From positions 1 through 63,125 of the forward strand of contig DAIERH010000001.1 of assembly GCA_027346925.1 (NCBI GenBank): a DNA stretch of 63,125 nt. The letters run 5' to 3'. Position 1 is the first letter of the stretch; each line of letters starts with the position of its first letter. The stretch comes from Geobacter sp. (lineage in GTDB: Bacteria > Desulfobacterota > Desulfuromonadia > Geobacterales > Pseudopelobacteraceae). Under the pieces are notes generated by a model. The model saw only the letters and a list, made by a program, of their open reading frames with translations, was not told the DNA's origin and searched no databases. A program made the position numbers and the translations under genes. This document shows positions 19,377-28,018 of the stretch, in pieces.

Positions 19377-21673
19377 ATGCAACTTTCCAAAAAGAACATA
19401 CTCGCGCTCCTCAAAGGGTACGAGGGGCCCACCCACTTTGCCGCCCTGCTGCGTGAATTCGGCGGCCGTCACGTCAAGTTTGAGTTGAAGCGGATGCTGG
19501 ATGACATGGCCGATGACGGCGAGGTGGTCCGGCTACGAGGCAACAGCTATTCGCCAGGGGGAACGGTAAAGACCGTGCGCGGCAGGCTTTCGGTGCACCG
19601 CGACGGCTACGGTTTCCTGCTCCCCGAGGGGGGCGGCGAGGATGTCTTCATCCCCTCCAAACACATGAAGGGCGCCATGCACGGCGACCTGGTGGAGGCC
19701 ACCGCCGAGCAGAGCCGCATGGGGGGCGGCAAACGGGACGGGCGCGTGGTGGCAATCGTGGAGCGGGCCACGACCCGCATCGTGGGGCGCTACGAGGAGA
19801 CGTGCCGCGGCGCCGTCGTTATTCCCGAGGACCAGCGCCTGAACCTGGTGGTTTCCATCCCCCCTAGGGGACGCGCCAGGGCCGAGGATGGCCAGCAGGT
19901 GGTGGCTGAACTGACCGCCTACCCCATCGGCGGCAGGCCGGCCGAGGGGCGCATCGTCGAGGTGCTGGGATGGCCGGATGACCCCGAGGTGGAGGTGCAG
20001 TCGGTCATCCGCCGCTTCGAACTGCCCCATGTCTTCGGCAGCGATGTGCTGCGGAGGCCGAGGCCGTCGCCGAAGCGGTCTCCCACGAGGACCTGAAAGG
20101 GCGGGTTGACCTGCGCCGGATGCCGACCGTCACCATCGACGGCGAGACGGCCCGGGACTTCGACGATGCCGTGGCGCTCAAGCGCGAAGGGGCCAACTTC
20201 CGGCTGTGGGTATCCATCGCCGACGTGTCCCGGTACGTCACAAAGGACAGTCCCCTGGACCGGGAGGCCTACCTGCGCGGCACCTCGGTCTACTTCCCGG
20301 ACCGCTGCATCCCCATGCTGCCGGAGCGGCTCAGTAACGGCATCTGTTCCCTCAATCCCCGTGTGGACCGCCTGACCATGACTGCCGAGATGCTCTTCGA
20401 CCAGGCCGGAACCATGCTGGAGTCCGCCTTCTACCCCAGCGTCATCCAAAGTACGGCCCGCCTGACCTACACCATCGTCAAGCAGATCATTGTGGACAAC
20501 GACCGGGAGGTGGCCGACAAGCACCGCCCCCTGACACCCATGCTGCTGGAGATGAGGGAGTTGGCCCTGATCCTCCAGGGAATGCGGAAAAAGCGCGGCA
20601 GCATCGACTTCGACCTGCCCGAACCGGAGATCATCATCGGCCTGACCGGCCAGACCGAGGGGATCATCCGGGCCGAGCGCAACCTGGCCCACCAGTTGAT
20701 CGAGGAGTTCATGCTGGCCGCCAACGAGGCGGTGGCCCGCTTCATCACGGCCAAGGCGATCCCCTTCCTCTATCGTGTTCACGAGAATCCCGACCCGGCC
20801 AAGCTGAGCAATTTCCAGGAATTCATCTATGGCTTCGGCTACGAGTTTGCCCTGAAGGAGGATAAGGTCAACCCGGCAGAGCTCCAGCGGCTCCTGGCCC
20901 AGGCTGACGGACGGCCCGAGGAGCGCATGCTCAACTACGCCCTGCTGCGCTGCATGAAGCAGGCCCGTTACGCGGCTGAAAACCTGGGGCATTTCGGCCT
21001 TGCTTCGGCCTGTTACTGCCACTTTACCTCTCCCATCCGGCGCTATCCCGACCTGGTGGTACACCGGATACTGAAGGCGACGCTGGCGCTGGAGGAGAAA
21101 AAGGGCGACAAGCGCAGCGCAAGGCAACTTGCCGTCGCCACCGGAAACCTGTCGGAGGTCGCCGAGCACACCAGCAAGCGGGAGCGGGTGGCCATGGAGG
21201 CCGAGCGCGAGATCGTAGAGCTGAAGAAGATGCAGTTCATGCGGGACAAGGTGGGGGAGGAATTCGACGGCTACATCGCAGGGGTAACCGGATTCGGGTT
21301 CTTCGTGGAGTTGGACGAGCTATTCGTGGAGGGGCTGGTGCACATCTCGACCCTGGAGGATGACCTGTACAGCTACGAGGAGAAGCAGCATTCCCTGGTG
21401 GGACGCCGGCTGCGGCGAGTGTTCCGCATTGGCGACAAGGCCAGGGTCAAGGTGGCGGCTGTCTCCCCCGCAACACGGCGCATCGAATTCATCCTGGTGG
21501 GGCATGCCTCTTCGGCGCCGCCGGTCAGGCAGGCGGCCGTTACGCCGGATGAAGAATATCCGCGCATCCCGATCAGGGGAAAACGGGTACCCCCGGCACG
21601 ACGCCCCGACAGGGGCGACAGGAACGCCCCCGACAGCGGCAAGCACCGCACAAGCGGCAGAAAGCGACGCTGA
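19377..21673 (+). pseudogene. rnr: ribonuclease R, reading frame broken by an apparent 1-nt deletion near 20051
   Basis: Track ORFs 19257..20096 (HTH/CSD part, ...EVLGWPDDPEVEVQSVIRRFELPHVFGSDVL) and 20120..21673 (TIDGETARDFDDAV RNB domain, S1, basic tail). The second frame is open from 19982 and reads AEAEAVAEAVSHEDLKGRVDLRRMP. Confidence 0.7.
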
Positions 21674-21715
21674 AAGCGGTTGCGCAATCACGCGCCGCTG
21701 TGATAGGAATGGGGC

Positions 21716-22561
21716 ATGGCCGAAGAAAAAGTACTCCCCTTTATTGAACATCTGGTCGAGCTGCGCAAGCGGCTGGTGATCATCGTCGTGGCGGTGGTGA
21801 TCGGCATGGGCGTGGCCTGGAACTTTTCCAGCTCCATCCTGGACTTCGTGGAAAAGCCGTTGACCGGCCAGACCTATCTGACCGAGATCAAGAAGCGGGT
21901 CTACGCACAGGTAAAAGAGCGCGCCCCGGCCCTCTATACCCGCTACAAGCTGGAGCAGGAGATCACTACCCCCCAGAAGAAGCACGTCCTCAACTACAGT
22001 GCCCCCCTGGAGCCGTTCTTCATCCAGTGCAAGATTTCCATGCTGGCCGGATTCATTCTGGTCCTGCCGGTGATTTTCCACCAACTGTGGCTGTTCATCG
22101 CGCCGGGACTCACCCGCAAGGAACGGCGCCTGGTAGTCCCCTTTGTCACCGCGGCCTCCCTCACCTTCTGCGTCGGAGCCCTGTTCTTCCTGATCGTGAT
22201 CTGGCCGGTGATCATCAACTTCTCCCTCTCCTACGAGGCCGAAGGATTGCAAAGCTGGTTCAACATCAGCGCCTACGTCAACTTCTGCCTGCGCCTGATC
22301 CTGATCTTCGGCCTGATCTTCGAGCTTCCCATCCTGACCCTGGTGCTGGCGCGCTTCGGCCTGGTCAGCTATCAGGTCCTGGCCCCCAAACGCAAGTACG
22401 CCCTCTTGGCCAGTTCCATTGTGGCCGCCTTCCACGCCGACCTGATCACCATGTTCGTCATCATGATTCCCATGTACCTGATGTACGAAATCAGCATCTG
22501 GGTGGCGCTGATCTTTGGAAAACGCAAGCCGGCCACGACCGGAACGCCACCCGCATCATAG
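21716..22561 (+). CDS. tatC: twin-arginine translocase subunit TatC
   Basis: PFIEHLVELRKRL, 6-TM profile, FIAPGLTRKERR. Confidence 0.85.
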   Translation: MAEEKVLPFIEHLVELRKRLVIIVVAVVIGMGVAWNFSSSILDFVEKPLTGQTYLTEIKKRVYAQVKERAPALYTRYKLEQEITTPQKKHVLNYSAPLEPFFIQCKISMLAGFILVLPVIFHQLWLFIAPGLTRKERRLVVPFVTAASLTFCVGALFFLIVIWPVIINFSLSYEAEGLQSWFNISAYVNFCLRLILIFGLIFELPILTLVLARFGLVSYQVLAPKRKYALLASSIVAAFHADLITMFVIMIPMYLMYEISIWVALIFGKRKPATTGTPPAS

Positions 22562-22576
22562 CTTCCGGAGGTTTTC

Positions 22577-23665
22577 ATGAGCAAGAAAATCGGCATCCTT
22601 ACCGGAGGCGGGGATTGTCCCGGCCTGAATGCCGTGATTCGCGGCGTGGTAAAGAGCGCCATCATCCGCCACGGCTGGCAGGTGATCGGCATCGAGGACG
22701 GCTTCGACGGCTTGCTGGATCTGAATAAGTGCAGGCCCTTGGGGCTGGAGAGCGTACGCGGCATCCTCCCCCGGGGGGGGACCATCCTGGGCACCACCAA
22801 CCGCGGCAACCCCTTCGACTATCCTGTGGAACAGAACGGCAAGGTCGTGCATGTCGACTACTCCGACAAGGTTGTGGAGAACGTCCGACAGCTGGGAATC
22901 GAGGCCCTGATTGCGGTCGGAGGTGAAGGGTCGCTCAAGATCGCTCTGGAGTTATCCCGCAAAGGGGTTCAGGTGGTGGGTGTCCCCAAAACCATCGACA
23001 ACGACCTGCGGGAGACCGATTTCACCTTCGGTTACAACACCGCCCTGGAGACCGCAACCGATGCCCTGGATAAACTGCACACCACCGCCGAGAGCCACCA
23101 CAGGGTGATGATCCTTGAGGTGATGGGCCGGTATGCGGGTTGGATCGCGCTGGAATCGGGCATAGCCGGTGGCGCCGACGTCATTCTGATTCCGGAGATA
23201 CCCTTTGATTTTGAAAAAGTCTGTGCTTCCGTCATGGAACGCTCGGCCCGCGGCAGCCATTTCAGTATCATCGTAGCCGCCGAAGGAGCCTTTCCCAAGG
23301 GTGGCGGGCGGGTGGTGATCAAGACGGCGGACGAACGCTCCACTATCGAACGCCTGGGAGGCATCGGCCAGTATGTGGCCCAACAGATCGGACAGTGTCT
23401 GGAGATGGATGTGCGGGTAACAGTCCTGGGCCACCTGCAGAGGGGCGGTTCTCCGACCACCTTCGATCGTGCCCTGGGGAGCCGTTTCGGCACCAAGGCG
23501 GTACAGATGGTGGCAGATGGGGAGTTCGGACGCATGGCTTGTCTGCGGAGCAGAAGCATTCTTTCGGTGCCCATCGAGGATGCAACCCGTGATCTGAAAC
23601 TGGTCGATCCGGACGGCGAGATAGTCCGCGCGGCAGAAGACCTCGGTATCATGCTGGGACGTTAG
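22577..23665 (+). CDS. pfkA: 6-phosphofructokinase
   Basis: IGILTGGGDCPGLNAVIRG, VGGEGS, PKTIDNDL, MGRYAG. Confidence 0.85.
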   Translation: MSKKIGILTGGGDCPGLNAVIRGVVKSAIIRHGWQVIGIEDGFDGLLDLNKCRPLGLESVRGILPRGGTILGTTNRGNPFDYPVEQNGKVVHVDYSDKVVENVRQLGIEALIAVGGEGSLKIALELSRKGVQVVGVPKTIDNDLRETDFTFGYNTALETATDALDKLHTTAESHHRVMILEVMGRYAGWIALESGIAGGADVILIPEIPFDFEKVCASVMERSARGSHFSIIVAAEGAFPKGGGRVVIKTADERSTIERLGGIGQYVAQQIGQCLEMDVRVTVLGHLQRGGSPTTFDRALGSRFGTKAVQMVADGEFGRMACLRSRSILSVPIEDATRDLKLVDPDGEIVRAAEDLGIMLGR

Positions 23666-23760
23666 GAAATAAATTAAATGAACCCATACTATTTTCTATT
23701 GACAAATCTTTTAAAAACCACTAAACAGGATTAAATTAGTCTTTTAGGGGTTGTTTTTCG

Positions 23761-24165
23761 ATGATGGAACTGACTCGAAAAGGTGAATATGCAATCCGAG
23801 GCATCGTCTACCTGGCTACCCAACCAGCGGATCACGTCTGTCTGCTGAGTGACATCGCAGCAGCCGTTGACGTCCCCCAAACCTTTCTCGCCAAGATATT
23901 CCAACAATTCAGTAAAATCGGCTTGGTCAGGTCTTACCGCGGAACCGGCGGCGGCTTCGTGCTTGGGCGGGCTCCGGAAAAGATTTCTCTGCTCGAGGTA
24001 GTGGAAGCGGTGGAAGGGTCGATCCTTCCCAACCGCTGCGTTACCGGAGACGATGAATGTGATCGTTCAAGCAGTTGCAAGGTTCATCCGGTCTGGATCA
24101 AAGTACAGGAGCAGGTGCGCGATATCCTCGCCGGGGTCAGCCTGAAAGAATTGGCCGAGGAATAG
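23761..24165 (+). CDS. Rrf2-family transcriptional regulator with Cys-X7-Cys-X5-Cys cluster-binding motif
   Basis: MMELTRKGEYAIRGIVYLA winged HTH and NRCVTGDDECDRSSSCKVHP. Confidence 0.85.
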   Translation: MMELTRKGEYAIRGIVYLATQPADHVCLLSDIAAAVDVPQTFLAKIFQQFSKIGLVRSYRGTGGGFVLGRAPEKISLLEVVEAVEGSILPNRCVTGDDECDRSSSCKVHPVWIKVQEQVRDILAGVSLKELAEE

Positions 24166-24244
24166 CCCTTTGTAATCCAGGCATAAGGCACAAAAAAATT
24201 TTGTCCTGATTTTGGACGTCAAAGACCTTTTTTGACTTATTGGC

Positions 24245-24272
24245 TTGCAATCGCCAGAAATGGCTGTATACT
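24245..24272 (+). promoter_or_regulatory. sigma70-type promoter candidate for cydAB (TTGCAA-16 nt-TATACT)
   Basis: TTGCAA 24245-24250 and TATACT 24267-24272, about 80 nt upstream of the cydA ATG. Confidence 0.5.
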
Positions 24273-24285
24273 CATGTAAAATTAA

Positions 24286-24300
24286 TTTGATTATATCAAA
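24286..24300. promoter_or_regulatory. palindromic operator candidate TTTGATTATATCAAA
   Basis: 6-bp arms with a 3-nt centre, 14 nt downstream of the candidate -10 and next to the Rrf2 gene. Confidence 0.4.
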
Positions 24301-24353
24301 TATTTCAATCCCCCGTAAGCACCGCAGAAAAAAGTAAATTCAAAGGAGGAAGT

Positions 24354-25751
24354 ATGGACGTACTAACCCTCAGTCAGCTGCAGTTTGCGGCAACCGGCAT
24401 GTTCCACTGGATTTTTGTCCCGCTCACCCTTGGGCTATCGATCCTGACAGCCTGGATGGAGTCCAGGTACGTCGCCACCGGTGACGAGACCTGGCTTCGC
24501 ATGACCAAATTCTGGGGCAAGCTCTTTCTGATCAATTTTGCCTTGGGCGTGGTGACCGGCATTACCATGGAGTTCCAGTTCGGCATGAACTGGTCAGAAT
24601 ACTCACGATACGTGGGCGATATCTTTGGCGCACCGCTGGCGATCGAGGCGACCCTCGCCTTTTTCCTGGAATCGGTCTTTATCGGGGTCTGGATCTTCGG
24701 CTGGGATAAAATATCAAAAAAGGCCCACATGATCACCATCTGGCTGGCCGCGGTTGCCACGAACGTTTCAGCCCTGATAATTCTGCTGGCCAATGCCTGG
24801 ATGCAAAAACCGGTGGGCTATGTGCTGCGCAACAACCGGGCAGAGATGAACGACTTCCTGGCGGTCCTGACCAACCCGTACGGCTGGATCAAGTTCACCC
24901 ATACCCTGCTCTCCGGTTATGCCTTGGCAGCCTTCGTGATCATGGGGGTTTCCGCCTGGCACCTTCTGCGTAAAAACGAGATCGACTTTTTCAAGCGCTC
25001 CTTTAAGCTGGCTGCTGTCTGGGCTTTCGTGACATCTATCGGCGTCGCGGTAACCGGCGACTTCCACGCCGTGGAGATCGCCAAGACCCAACCCACCAAG
25101 TTTGCCGCCATGGAATCGCAATGGGAAACCAAGCGGGGTGTCGGTATGAACCTGCTGCTTCTGCCGGATGTGGCCCGTGAGTGCAACTCGGTTGAACAGT
25201 TGTGCATACCCAATGCCCTAAGCTTCCTGGCGTTCCACGATGGCAACGCCGAGATCAAAGGCCTGAAGGAATTTCCGAAAGAACTTCGTCCTCCCGTTGC
25301 CCCCACCTTTCTCAGCTTCCGGCTGATGGTCGGGCTCGGCACGTTCATGATTCTGGCCAGCCTTGTGGGCATTATCCTGTCGCGGAGGCAAAATTTCTCC
25401 GATTATCGAGGTTTCCTGACACTGATGGTATTCGCCATTCCCGCTCCCTATCTGGCAGAGCAATTTGGCTGGCTCGTGGCTGAACTGGGTCGCCAGCCCT
25501 GGATCGTGTATGGCGTGCTCAAAACGGCCGATGCCGTCTCCAAATCCATCTCAACCACCCAGGTAGCCCTGTCGCTGCTGGGCTTTACCGTGCTCTACGG
25601 CCTGTTGGGCGCCATAGACATCTTCCTGCTGGTCAAGCATGCGAAAAAAGGGCCTGAAAAGGATCTCGCCGCCGGCAGCCTTCGAGAGGCCTTGGCAGCT
25701 CAAACGGAGAAAAGTTCATCCGGCATCATCAACGCTCAAGGGAGGGCATAA
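24354..25751 (+). CDS. cydA: cytochrome bd ubiquinol oxidase subunit I
   Basis: MDVLTLSQLQFAATGMFHWIFVPLTLG, WGKLFLINFALGVVTGITMEFQFGMNW, GRQPW. Confidence 0.9.
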   Translation: MDVLTLSQLQFAATGMFHWIFVPLTLGLSILTAWMESRYVATGDETWLRMTKFWGKLFLINFALGVVTGITMEFQFGMNWSEYSRYVGDIFGAPLAIEATLAFFLESVFIGVWIFGWDKISKKAHMITIWLAAVATNVSALIILLANAWMQKPVGYVLRNNRAEMNDFLAVLTNPYGWIKFTHTLLSGYALAAFVIMGVSAWHLLRKNEIDFFKRSFKLAAVWAFVTSIGVAVTGDFHAVEIAKTQPTKFAAMESQWETKRGVGMNLLLLPDVARECNSVEQLCIPNALSFLAFHDGNAEIKGLKEFPKELRPPVAPTFLSFRLMVGLGTFMILASLVGIILSRRQNFSDYRGFLTLMVFAIPAPYLAEQFGWLVAELGRQPWIVYGVLKTADAVSKSISTTQVALSLLGFTVLYGLLGAIDIFLLVKHAKKGPEKDLAAGSLREALAAQTEKSSSGIINAQGRA

Positions 25752-25754
25752 ACT

Positions 25755-26810
25755 ATGGACGTATCCGCATTCCAGATTATCTGGTTCGTGTTGTGGGGTG
25801 TATTGTGGGCGGTTTACTTCATGTTGGACGGCTTTGTTCTCGGCACCGGCTTTCTGTCGGGATTCCTGGCCAAAAACGATACCGAAAAACGGGTACTGAT
25901 CAATACGGTTGGCCCGGTCTGGGACGGTAACGAAGTCTGGTTGATCACCGCCGGTGGCGCCACCTTCGCGGCCTTCCCCACCACCTATGCCCTGATGTTC
26001 AGCAATCTTTACTCAGCCTTGCTGCTGTTGCTCTTTTCCCTGATCGTGCGCGGGGTATCCTTTGAATTCAGGAGCAAACTGGACAGTACAACCTGGCGAG
26101 GAGCCTGGGACACAGCCATTGTCGTCTCCAGTTTCCTGCCGGCGTTGCTGTTCGGGGTTGCATTCGGCAATATCTTCAAGGGCATCCCGATGAAAAACGA
26201 TTTTGCCGCTCTCAATTTTACCTATGACGGGTCGTTGATCGGCCTGCTTAACCCCTACGGGCTGGTGACGGGGGTGCTGTTCGTCCTGTTGTTTGCCGTG
26301 CACGGTTCCTTGTATGCCGCCATCAAGACCACCGGTGATCTGAGCACACGCGCCGCTAATCTGGCCAATAAGCTTTGGCTTCCGCTCCTGGTGGTGGCGG
26401 TTGTCTTCCTCGGCTACACCTATCCGGCCACCAAGCTGTACGACAACTTCCTCAAGGCGCCAGTTTTGCTGATTATTCCCGTTATTGCCGTGATTTCGCT
26501 CCTGCTGGTCAAGGTATTTGCTCTTAAGGGTGCAACCTACAAGGCCTTCACCTTTTCCTGCCTGACCATTGTTTTCGTGGTATTCACCGGGGTGACGGGG
26601 CTCTTCCCCAACCTGATCCCTTCAAACATCGACCCGGCCTCAAACCTGACCATCTTCAACTCCTCGTCCAGTTTGTTGACGTTGCAGATCATGACCGTGG
26701 TGGCATTGATTTTCGTTCCAATCGTTATTGCCTACAAAATCTGGGTGTATCGTGTCTTCCGCGCCAGGATCTCAAACGACGATATTACCGGAAATTCCGA
26801 AGCATATTGA
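25755..26810 (+). CDS. cydB: cytochrome bd ubiquinol oxidase subunit II
   Basis: 351-aa multi-TM ORF 3 nt after cydA. WFVLWGVLWAVYFMLDGFVLG, WDGNEVWLI. Confidence 0.9.
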   Translation: MDVSAFQIIWFVLWGVLWAVYFMLDGFVLGTGFLSGFLAKNDTEKRVLINTVGPVWDGNEVWLITAGGATFAAFPTTYALMFSNLYSALLLLLFSLIVRGVSFEFRSKLDSTTWRGAWDTAIVVSSFLPALLFGVAFGNIFKGIPMKNDFAALNFTYDGSLIGLLNPYGLVTGVLFVLLFAVHGSLYAAIKTTGDLSTRAANLANKLWLPLLVVAVVFLGYTYPATKLYDNFLKAPVLLIIPVIAVISLLLVKVFALKGATYKAFTFSCLTIVFVVFTGVTGLFPNLIPSNIDPASNLTIFNSSSSLLTLQIMTVVALIFVPIVIAYKIWVYRVFRARISNDDITGNSEAY

Positions 26811-26864
26811 ACCATCCAACATACTGATATAGCTATGTTTTTTAATTATTTTAGCCCATAAAAC

Positions 26865-26893
26865 TTGACATCGGCCCCAACCTGGTGTATTAA
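26865..26893 (+). promoter_or_regulatory. sigma70-type promoter candidate (TTGACA-17 nt-TATTAA)
   Basis: TTGACA 26865-26870 and TATTAA 26888-26893, in the AT-rich DNA after cydB. Confidence 0.35.
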
Positions 26894-26899
26894 GTATCC

Positions 26900-26952
26900 C
26901 AACTTGAACAGCCCCAACACAAAGTCCCGGACCGCCGGGACTTTGGCGTTTT
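26900..26952 (+). ncRNA. candidate about 55-nt transcript bounded by a promoter and a terminator (unverified)
   Basis: Predicted start about 7 nt after TATTAA, ending at the hairpin AAAGTCCCGG-ACCG-CCGGGACTTT followed by GGCGTTTT. Confidence 0.2.
26921..26952 (+). terminator. intrinsic terminator candidate (cydAB and/or small transcript)
   Basis: Perfect 10-bp stem, 4-nt loop, TTT GGCG TTTT tail. Confidence 0.55.
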
Positions 26953-27183
26953 GGAGGTAAATTCACCATGAAAGGAGTATCTGGCCGGATGTAATCCGGT
27001 TTCACATCGAAGAGGATATCAAGGCGGCAAAGGGAAGGCGGCTGGGCGTGCATTGTCGGCACATCCGGCAGCCGACGACTAAGCCGACTATAGATAATGC
27101 TTTGATTGGGGATCGGACTGTTTGTTTTTCTTCTGGCAATGATGCCTGTCCGGCAAAGCCGACACAACCGAACCGTATCCATT

Positions 27184-27831
27184 ATGAAAAAATTATCAAT
27201 CTATGCAGTATGCTTGCTGGCCCTGTCAGCATGCGAAAACACCCCACTCAAGAAGGCGGACCAGCAGATCACCGCCACCGTATCGTCCGAATCGCCGCTC
27301 GACCGCGAGATCAAAGGACTTTTGGAGAAAGGCATCTCCATGAGCGAGCGGAAACGACAGGTGGCCGTCATTGAGGCCTCGTTTCTGCGCTGTACCACCC
27401 CGGAGCGTGCCCGTCAGTTGGCGGCGCTCTGTTTTACCAAAACCCTCGGCACACCTTTCATGCCATTTGACCTGGCCGAAATTGCCTTGGCCGAGACCGG
27501 CGGCAACCGTCTTTCCGCCACCGCGGTTTCGTCCAAGGGCGCCATGGGTGTCTGGCAACTCATGCCCCGCCGCGCCAAGAGTCACGGTTATTCGCCCGAG
27601 GACATGGAAAACGACGAGAAGTGCGCCGAGGCGGCCGTGCGTGAACTGTACAGCAAGCTTGAAATGGCCCAGGGCAATCTGGACCGGGCAAAAAAATTCT
27701 ACTGTGGCCAGGGTCCCCAGGCTGACCAGTACCTGCGCAAGATCCACAAGGTCCGCCTGGAGTTGCTGGCCGAGCTGGAACGTCAGACCGAACTCCTTGC
27801 CATGGGTGAAGACGGGACGCGGACGCGATGA
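27184..27831 (+). CDS. lytic transglycosylase (SLT domain) lipoprotein
   Basis: MKKLSIYAVCLLALSAC lipobox. AEIALAETGGN and KGAMGVWQLMP are SLT catalytic motifs. Confidence 0.8.
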   Translation: MKKLSIYAVCLLALSACENTPLKKADQQITATVSSESPLDREIKGLLEKGISMSERKRQVAVIEASFLRCTTPERARQLAALCFTKTLGTPFMPFDLAEIALAETGGNRLSATAVSSKGAMGVWQLMPRRAKSHGYSPEDMENDEKCAEAAVRELYSKLEMAQGNLDRAKKFYCGQGPQADQYLRKIHKVRLELLAELERQTELLAMGEDGTRTR

Positions 27832-27913
27832 TTCGCCAACTGCTGCGCTGATAACTCCCGCGACCGGTGGGCGCCGACCAGCCGGAAAGGTCTTTTCTTC
27901 TTGATAAAAAAGT

Positions 27914-27945
27914 AGCCGCTCTGCTATAGTTGAGCGGCTTTTTTT
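27914..27945 (+). terminator. intrinsic terminator
   Basis: AGCCGCTC-10 nt-GAGCGGCT followed by TTTTTT. An A-run upstream could make it bidirectional. Confidence 0.7.
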
Positions 27946-28018
27946 GTGCAAATCACCCCTCGCCTTACAAGGAGCCCGTTCCTTGCAGAGAACCTCGCCT
28001 CCGCACGGTACCAACAGC

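Noticed and set aside
24286-24300. Possible FNR/CRP box in the cydAB promoter
   Set aside because: The arms TTGAT/ATCAA are separated by 3 nt, not the 4 nt of the FNR/CRP consensus TTGAT-N4-ATCAA. It is kept only as a generic palindromic operator candidate.
26968-26994. 8-codon ORF MKGVSGRM behind a strong GGAGG, followed by the hairpin CCGGAT-GTA-ATCCGG
   Set aside because: It is too short and has no regulatory-codon bias. It could be chance and is mentioned only in the context of the 26865-26953 finding.
27944-28018. Upstream TTG start of the long MCP given by the ORF track
   Set aside because: The TTG lies inside the T-run of the terminator at 27914-27945. The ATG at 28019 precedes the first TM segment at a normal distance.
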